A model generated the notes under the pieces. That model did no database searches. It saw only the letters and a program-made list of their open reading frames with translations, and had not been told where the DNA came from. A stretch of 64,000 nt of DNA, taken from the NCBI GenBank assembly GCA_002189035.1, contig NEEC01000007.1:1860001-1924000 (forward strand), given 5' to 3'. Of this stretch, positions 57,218 to 64,000 are shown piece after piece; within the stretch, counting starts at the first letter, position 1, and each line of letters opens with the position of its first letter. The DNA is from Utricularia gibba (lineage: Eukaryota > Plantae > Magnoliophyta). A program made the position numbers and the translations under genes.

Positions 57218-60178
57218 ATGGCAGCCCTCCAACAAGCTCCTCCAATCTTCACTGGTCAGCGCTACGCTTCTTGGGCAGTACGAATGGAAAGTTACCTGCA
57301 AATGAACGACTTATGGTCTGTGGTGGATCCTGTACGTCCAGACTCCTCTGAAATAGCCACAGCAGAAAGTCTCAAACTCACAGATGCTCAAGTAAAGAAA
57401 GCTAAGTATGCTCTGGATCAAGCCTTATCTGAAGAAGTGTTCAACCGTGTTATGCTACTGAAAAGTCCCAAAGACATCTGGAAAAAATTGGAGGAATTCT
57501 ACGGAGAGGATACGGAAGCCCGTGAGAGCCGCATTCAACGTCAATGGGAGCTCTTTGACAACCTGAAATTCTTACCAGGTATGAGTATCTCTCATTTTTC
57601 AGAAACGCTAATCAAAATTGTCACTGAGTTACAGACCTTGGGAGAGCCCTTGGAAGACAGAAGAATTAAATCAAAAATACTCAGTTCCCTACCGCGGTCC
57701 TTTGCCCCTGTAGTCACTACTTTGCGGGTCACAGGCATTCACTCCATATCCTCCAGAAAACTACTAGAAAGACTCAGTGAATCCGAAGTTGAAGTCGGAC
57801 TTGGTGAAGGCCAGGAACTTGCCTTCAAGGCAACAGAAAATCAGAAAGGCTATGGTTCTCAATCATCAAATGAACCGGTGATCTTTCAAGCAAAAATTGA
57901 GAAACCAAGTACTGGAGATTCATGCCCATTCTGCAAGCGAAAAGGCCATTCACCAACACAATGTTTCTGGAGCCCTGACGCCAAATGCCTGTACTGTTCT
58001 CTCCAAGGTCATGTGGACAAAGTGTGTCCCCTGAAAAAATACCATCAGATTGGAGGAAAGGCTGCAGATCCTAAGGACAAACTTACTAGCGCTATGAATG
58101 ATGTAAATCTCGCAGCTGAAATGAATAAGAAGAAGATTGATATTTACTCTCTGCGCCGCAAAACTCTAATCACATCATTTGTGGATCTAAGGAAACAAGA
58201 CATCTGGTTTATCGATAGCGGATGCAGTCATCATATAACCAACGACAAGAGTCTATTCACAACCTTCATCGAGCTAACTGGGAAAGTAATCGAAATTGCT
58301 GATGGAAATCACTTACAGGTCATCGGTCAAGGAACAGTTTGCCTTGAAACTGTCCAGAAATTAATCAAGATCACAGACGTGTATCTGGTGCCCCAGGCCT
58401 ACCACAATCTACTAAGCACTGGCCAGCTGGTTGAAAAGGGGATGAAAGTTCATCTGGAAAGTAATGAGTGCAAAATATTAGATGAAGAAGATAATATACT
58501 CCTTACGGTTGCTATGACTGATAGGGTCTTTCCACTGCTTCCGAATGCTACATCCATCGATTACAACATTTGCCTCAAGTCCCTAGAATCATCTGAGATT
58601 TGGCACCAACGGTTAGGTCACCATCACTATGCCTCCCTTATATCCATGAAGAAGAGAAACCTGGCAGAGGGGATTCCTAATATAATTCCTGAGGAAAAAC
58701 ACTGCAGAATATGCTTTCAAGGGAAGATGAGCCGAACACCACTCCCTAAGTCCAGCATTCATTCTCAGAAAAAATTGGAAGTTGTTACCAGTGACGTCTG
58801 TGGGCCCATGGCCTCTCCTACTCGAGCCGGCAACAAATATTACGTGATCTTTATTGACGAATATTCAAAGTATACCTGGATCTATCTCCTGAAGCATAAA
58901 TCAGAGGTTTTGCACCACTTCCAAGTCTTCAAGGTCCTTGCAGAAACTCAAAGCAATAGTAAGATTCTAACACTCCGGTCAGACAACGGAGGTGAGTACA
59001 AATCAACTGAACTGAGACACATTTGTGAGACAAATGGTATTACTCACCAGTTTACAACGCCATATACGCCAGAGCAGAACGGCATATGTGAACGAAAGAA
59101 CAGGACAATAGTCAATATGGCTCGGTGTCTACTCTATCAAAAACACTTACCTCTAGAATTCTGGGGCGAAGCAGTCAACACAGCCGTGTATCTGTTGAAC
59201 CGCCTGCCAACCAAAGGAAATAAAGACTGTAAAACTCCTTATGAGCTATGGTACAACAAAATTCCAAGCCTAGATCACATGAAGGTATTTGGATCACCCT
59301 GCTATATATACATTCCAAAGGAGAAGAGATCAAAATGGGACAAAAGATCTGATGAAGGAATTTTCCTGGGATATAGCAATACAAGTAAAGCCTACAGGGT
59401 ACTGAATCTAAGAACAAATGAGGTGGAACTCAGTCGTGATGTAACAGTAGACGAGACTAGAATTTACAACTGGAGTTCCTCGACAACACATGACAAAAAT
59501 CATTCTTATTCAGAAAATATATGGAATTTATTCCCTCAACAAGGACATGATGCAACAACCGAACCCCTCAGCATCCACCCAGCGAGGAACAGTCCTAGTC
59601 AAGACTCTATTCAACAAGAAATGACAGCCTCAGGAACAAATATGTTAAGGGTCCAAGCAACCCTAGAAGATCAAATCACAAACTCAAATGATCGAGCCTC
59701 AAACTCAACAGATTTAAGAGGACACTCGGTGTCAACGACAGACATCCTAGAAGTCTCTAATAGCGAAAATTTGCCACCACCTAGTCCTGATGTTCCGAGA
59801 ACAATTGAGCCCGAAAGCCCCTGTACAACAGAAGATCCTGTTAATACCCAACAGTTTCCAGAAGGCTCCTTGGCCACTACTATCGAAGACATGAGATATG
59901 AGGATGCAGACTCAGAGCACATACCTGAACAAACTCTAGAATGTCATGAAACCCTCATCAACAGCATCAGAAATCCAAAGGAAATCACTGAGCTATCATC
60001 AACCGATACATCAGAAGAAGAAAACTCATCAGGAGAAGATGAAGAAACTCAAAACCGAGGACCCAACCTAGCAGCAAGAAATCCTATACTCATTCCCTCA
60101 CCTCAAAGGCAAAGTTACCTGGAAGATTACGGACAAGAAGGGTTCCTTACACCCCACATCATCTATGTATGGATCTGA
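57218..60178 (+). CDS. Copia gag-protease-integrase ORF
   Basis: PIFTGQRYASWAVRM (gag N-terminus), two CCHC knuckles, WFIDSGCSHH, WHQRLGH..CRIC, DVCGP, RSDNGGEY, EQNGICERKNRT. Confidence 0.93.
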   Translation: MAALQQAPPIFTGQRYASWAVRMESYLQMNDLWSVVDPVRPDSSEIATAESLKLTDAQVKKAKYALDQALSEEVFNRVMLLKSPKDIWKKLEEFYGEDTEARESRIQRQWELFDNLKFLPGMSISHFSETLIKIVTELQTLGEPLEDRRIKSKILSSLPRSFAPVVTTLRVTGIHSISSRKLLERLSESEVEVGLGEGQELAFKATENQKGYGSQSSNEPVIFQAKIEKPSTGDSCPFCKRKGHSPTQCFWSPDAKCLYCSLQGHVDKVCPLKKYHQIGGKAADPKDKLTSAMNDVNLAAEMNKKKIDIYSLRRKTLITSFVDLRKQDIWFIDSGCSHHITNDKSLFTTFIELTGKVIEIADGNHLQVIGQGTVCLETVQKLIKITDVYLVPQAYHNLLSTGQLVEKGMKVHLESNECKILDEEDNILLTVAMTDRVFPLLPNATSIDYNICLKSLESSEIWHQRLGHHHYASLISMKKRNLAEGIPNIIPEEKHCRICFQGKMSRTPLPKSSIHSQKKLEVVTSDVCGPMASPTRAGNKYYVIFIDEYSKYTWIYLLKHKSEVLHHFQVFKVLAETQSNSKILTLRSDNGGEYKSTELRHICETNGITHQFTTPYTPEQNGICERKNRTIVNMARCLLYQKHLPLEFWGEAVNTAVYLLNRLPTKGNKDCKTPYELWYNKIPSLDHMKVFGSPCYIYIPKEKRSKWDKRSDEGIFLGYSNTSKAYRVLNLRTNEVELSRDVTVDETRIYNWSSSTTHDKNHSYSENIWNLFPQQGHDATTEPLSIHPARNSPSQDSIQQEMTASGTNMLRVQATLEDQITNSNDRASNSTDLRGHSVSTTDILEVSNSENLPPPSPDVPRTIEPESPCTTEDPVNTQQFPEGSLATTIEDMRYEDADSEHIPEQTLECHETLINSIRNPKEITELSSTDTSEEENSSGEDEETQNRGPNLAARNPILIPSPQRQSYLEDYGQEGFLTPHIIYVWI

Positions 60179-62067
60179 AACAAAATGAAGACAGCTCACC
60201 TGTGCGAGGATATGCACCAATCAACGATATCTATGATAGGGCATTGAGCACCTATGAACCAGCAAGCGTTCAGGAAGCTCTCGCTGACCCAGATTGGAAG
60301 AAATCCATAGACGAAGAATTCAACTCCATCCAGAAACACGGCGTTTGGACAGCAGTGCCTAAGCCGAAGCAGAAAAAACCTCTGGACCTAAAATTCATAT
60401 TCCGTCCCAAGTTAAATCCTGATGGCACTCTGAACAAAAGAAAATCCAGACTGGTGGTAAAGGGATATTTACAGAAAGAAGGGATTGATTACCTGGAAAC
60501 CTTCGCTCCGGTGGCAAGATTAGACACCATTAAGCTGATTATTGCACTTGCGGCCTGCAACAAGTGGTATTTACATCATCTGGACATAAAAACGGCCTTT
60601 CTGCATGGAGAGTTAAGCGAAGACATATATGTGAACCCCCCTCCAGGTTTCATCATCCGAGATAATCCAGAATATGTACTGAAATTAAATAAAGCTTTAT
60701 ACGGACTCAAGCAGGCCCCCAAAGAATGGTATACTACCATTGACACTTTCTTTCTAGAGCTGGGATATACAAGAAGTCAAAATGATACTACATTATACAT
60801 ATCTGAGGATATCCAAGGAAAAGTTATTGTCTCCTTATACGTAGACGACATTCTAATCACAGGCAGCAGTGAAGAACGAATTTCTGAATTACAGAAGCTA
60901 TTGCAGCAAAGATTTGAACTCACCAATCTGGGACATGCACGTTATTTCCTAGGAATGGAGATCATTCAACATAAAGACTTCATATTTTTGAACCAACGTA
61001 GATATACAGAGGAACTACTCAAAAAATACAGCATGGAATCATCAAAAGTATCTACTACTCCTTTCTCACCAGAAGTTAGAAAGAAATTATCTGACCTTAA
61101 TTCTCATCCAGTTGACTCTCATAACTACCAGAAACTCATTGGCGCTCTGATGTATTTAACTGCTACTAGACCGGATATAACCTTCGCCGTATCATTTCTG
61201 GCCAGATTCATGCATCAGCCACACAACACACACCTGGAAATAGCAACACGTATCCTGAAATATTTGAAGGCCACAACTTCCTTTGGTTTATATTACAAGA
61301 AAGGTACTAACCCTATTTTGCAGGGATTTGTTGATTCAGACTTTGCTGGCGACGAACAAGATTGTAAATCTACCACAGGCTATCTATTCAACTTAGGATC
61401 AGCGGTATTTTCATGGAACAGCAAGAAACAAGCCGTCACTGCACAATCATCGGCAGAAGCCGAATACATCGCAGGAGCTGCTGCTGCCAACCATGCGCAA
61501 TGGTTGGTGAAATTATGCGATGACCTGAAAATTCAAATTACAAGACCGATAATACTCAAGATAGATAACAAATCTGCCATTAGCATCGCAAAAAATCCTG
61601 TGATGTTCGGTCGGACCAAGCACATCAAGCTTAAATACCATATACTCAGAGATTATGTGAAGGAAGGACTGATTAAACTTGAGTACTTACCATCGGATGA
61701 GCAACCTGCAGATATTCTCACCAAATGCTTATTCCCAAGGAATTTCAACAGAATCAGAGAAATGCTGGGAATTCGGAGAAATCCTCTTGTGACAACAGCC
61801 GGATCTTCATTACTCCCTCAGGGAGGAATGTCAGCAAGTGGTGGAGCAACGAAGATCCGGGAAGTCTCAACCCGCGAAGATGAATGGCGCGCGACCTCTG
61901 TTCCTCCCATGAGAAGCAACCCTCAATTAGATTGGGAAAAAGGCCTTATCATACTTGGGCCTCAACATTCCAAACTACTGGCCCAAGAAGAAGCATCTGA
62001 AGCCCAGTCCATGAAAGAAGTCCTAGTAAATTCTGGCTGCTACACAGTAGATGAACAAGAGGACTAA
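60169..62067 (+). CDS. Copia RT-RNaseH ORF, in the -1 frame relative to the upstream ORF, running into the 3' LTR
   Basis: KSRLVVKGYLQKEGIDY, LDIKTAFLHG, LYVDDILI, TRPDI, DSDFAG, RTKHIKLKYH, ADILTK. Confidence 0.93.
   Translation: MDLKQNEDSSPVRGYAPINDIYDRALSTYEPASVQEALADPDWKKSIDEEFNSIQKHGVWTAVPKPKQKKPLDLKFIFRPKLNPDGTLNKRKSRLVVKGYLQKEGIDYLETFAPVARLDTIKLIIALAACNKWYLHHLDIKTAFLHGELSEDIYVNPPPGFIIRDNPEYVLKLNKALYGLKQAPKEWYTTIDTFFLELGYTRSQNDTTLYISEDIQGKVIVSLYVDDILITGSSEERISELQKLLQQRFELTNLGHARYFLGMEIIQHKDFIFLNQRRYTEELLKKYSMESSKVSTTPFSPEVRKKLSDLNSHPVDSHNYQKLIGALMYLTATRPDITFAVSFLARFMHQPHNTHLEIATRILKYLKATTSFGLYYKKGTNPILQGFVDSDFAGDEQDCKSTTGYLFNLGSAVFSWNSKKQAVTAQSSAEAEYIAGAAAANHAQWLVKLCDDLKIQITRPIILKIDNKSAISIAKNPVMFGRTKHIKLKYHILRDYVKEGLIKLEYLPSDEQPADILTKCLFPRNFNRIREMLGIRRNPLVTTAGSSLLPQGGMSASGGATKIREVSTREDEWRATSVPPMRSNPQLDWEKGLIILGPQHSKLLAQEEASEAQSMKEVLVNSGCYTVDEQED
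61819..61828 (+). promoter_or_regulatory. Polypurine tract
   Basis: CAGGGAGGAA immediately before the TG of the 3' LTR. Confidence 0.8.
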
Positions 62068-62273
62068 TCTACAGACTAAAGGCAACGGTCATATTTTAGG
62101 CCTGATATGATCCAACGGGCAACTCTCCTCATCTATATAAATCCCTGTTTGCTTTATGAAAAAAAGGAAAGTTCTTTTCGATCCAAAAACAATAGTCAAT
62201 ATCCACAAACTTCAACATTCTCTCAACGTTCAACCAAGTCTCCAACAAAATCAAGCAGCCAAAAATACTTTTA
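61829..62273 (+). repeat. 3' LTR (445 bp, TG...TA)
   Basis: Copy of 56707-57152, followed by TSD GGGCA. Confidence 0.95.
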
Positions 62274-62515
62274 GGGCATTGTCCAAATTGAAAAGCAAAA
62301 ATAATTGAGGGGTCATTCTGAAATATAGGCATTTATATGGGAGTAAAAACATATTTTCCTCAGGATAATATATATTTCTTTTTTTTTTTTGTGAAGATAA
62401 CCCCTTGCATAAACCCTTTCTTTGACGCCAGCATCGACCCAACGGCCCCTTTTTCAACGGCAGCAACTGCTTGCTCTCCTTTCTAATTCGGGGGAATTGG
62501 GGAGGGAAGAATACA

Positions 62516-64000
62516 ATGTCTCATGATGCCTCAGATGCCCTTGCCGGTGTGCTTTTCAGTTCGATTATTAGAGCAGAAAGGACGGGAAAGGAATGATTTT
62601 TTTCTCCTCTAATCATTCGTTTGCTTGCAGAGCGGGAGAAAGTTCACGTCTTGTTGAACGCGGCGCGTACTGGAAACTTGGATGTCCTCAAAAGTATGTT
62701 ACTTTTTTGGTTTCTAATGCTTCTGTTTATTCACTCAGTTGTTGCGATGTTTAGCCATTTTCTGTCCATTTTGTCTGGTGACAGTTTTTTCTTGTTATCT
62801 GAAAATTTGGTAGAGCTAGGCCGGGAACTTGATAGCGGAAAAGGCTTGGGACAAACAGTTGCAGATGTCAAGGATGCTAACAAGAGAGGGGCTCTGCATT
62901 TTGCAGCGAGGGAGGGTCAAACTGAAGTCTGCAAGTATTTGGTGGAGGAGTTGACGATGAATGTTGATATTCAAGATGAAGATGGTAAACTATAATCAGG
63001 CCTTCATGAAATAAATCTAAGGCAAAATATGTTATTTTAGCATACTGAGTAAAGCATTGTAAATTTCTAGGGGATACTCCTCTGATTCATGCTGCGCGTC
63101 AAGGGCATACCAGTCTTGCTATGTACCTGATTGATAGTGGCGCTAATCCTTCTATCCCAAGTGAATTGGGTGCAACTGCTCTCCATCATGCTGCTGGAAG
63201 GGGTAAATTCCCGTCCTTTTTGACTGTCACATCCTTGTACTATTTTTTGGGTGCTATTCACTTCCAAATGTTCGAATTGTTATTTATAACTTTATGTAGA
63301 AGATGCAACTGCACTCGAGCGGTATGCCTTCATTATGTTCCCTGAGAATTTGTGAGTGTATCTTTCTTGCAGGAGATATTGATTTGTTACAATTTTTGCT
63401 AAAAAGAGGCGTAAATGTTGATTTACAAAGTGATGCTGGCACCCCCCTTATTTGGGCAGCTGGTCATGCACAGTCAGATTCAGTAAAAAAGTTACTACAA
63501 AATAAAGCTGATGTAAGCTATTAGCATTTGTAATATCTTACCGTCAGTATATTTGACTTTATTTTAATAATTAAAGAGAAGGTGCTATGCACCAACGATG
63601 CACAGATATGTGCCCCTTGAAATTTTTATATTCATTTCTATCACCTTATGGCAGCCAAATGCTAAAACTGAAGATGATATCACTCCCTTAATATCATCTG
63701 TTGCAGCAGGTTCATTGCCTTGCCTAGAATATTTAATAGAGGTACGTGGTTTCCACAAGGTCTAATGTTACAACAGCATAGATGTTTCGATGGTCACAGC
63801 TTTGCATATTTTGCTGGTTTGATCTTTCTTGGCTATCATAAACCAATGTGCAAAAACCGGCTGCTGTAGCAATCTGTCCATCACACTGCTCTCCTCACGC
63901 ACATTTAACAAAGAGCATTTCTTTCAAGAATTCCATCAACTAAACGTTATTTGTCCTCATGACTAGTGACTGAATTTTTGTTGGTGTGACATGTATACCG
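62516..64000 (+). CDS. Ankyrin-repeat protein (resembles the plant ankyrin+TPR type); the 3' end lies outside the window
   Basis: MSHDASDALA/EREKV..LNAARTGNL, RGALHFAAREG, GDTPLIHAARQG, GATALHHAAG, GTPLIWAAGH, DITPLISSVAAG across GT-AG introns. Confidence 0.88.

Larger units (their letters stand above)
56707..62273 (+). mobile_element. Full-length Ty1/copia LTR retrotransposon (Ivana-like features), 5567 bp, TSD GGGCA
   Basis: TSD at 56702-56706 and 62274-62278; paired LTRs, PBS and PPT; domain order gag-protease-integrase-RT-RNaseH. Confidence 0.97.

Noticed and set aside
1-64000. CRISPR arrays, rRNA or tRNA genes
   Set aside because: None seen; the only tRNA-related sequence is the 18-nt retrotransposon PBS.

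Overview
Gene-dense plant (apparently eudicot) nuclear window with about 19 protein-coding loci, mostly short introns and short intergenic gaps. In order: PPR (5' truncated), DUF538, compact class I KNOX, a conserved unknown membrane protein, USP, RluA-type pseudouridine synthase, RING+PHD protein, SYP4 syntaxin, folate-receptor-like protein, UVSSA, two tandem GH38 alpha-mannosidases, CRR6, an amino acid permease, an AT74-like phosphoglycerate mutase, LPA3, PUS7/TruD, ribose-5-phosphate isomerase and an ankyrin-repeat gene (3' truncated). The most unusual element is a very young 5.57 kb Ty1/copia LTR retrotransposon (56707-62273, TSD GGGCA). It has TG..TA termini, an 18-nt primer-binding site matching tRNA-Trp rather than tRNA-iMet, and a pol ORF that runs about 80 codons into the 3' LTR. 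Other notable points: a minor-spliceosome AT-AC intron in PUS7, a GC-AG intron in both mannosidases, patchy identity between the mannosidase copies, and a MULE-type foldback element with a 10-bp TSD. Five separate -1 frameshifts can each be repaired by adding one base to a G/C run, so they may be consensus errors rather than real lesions. Exon boundaries were read by eye, and family names come from recalled motifs, not database searches.
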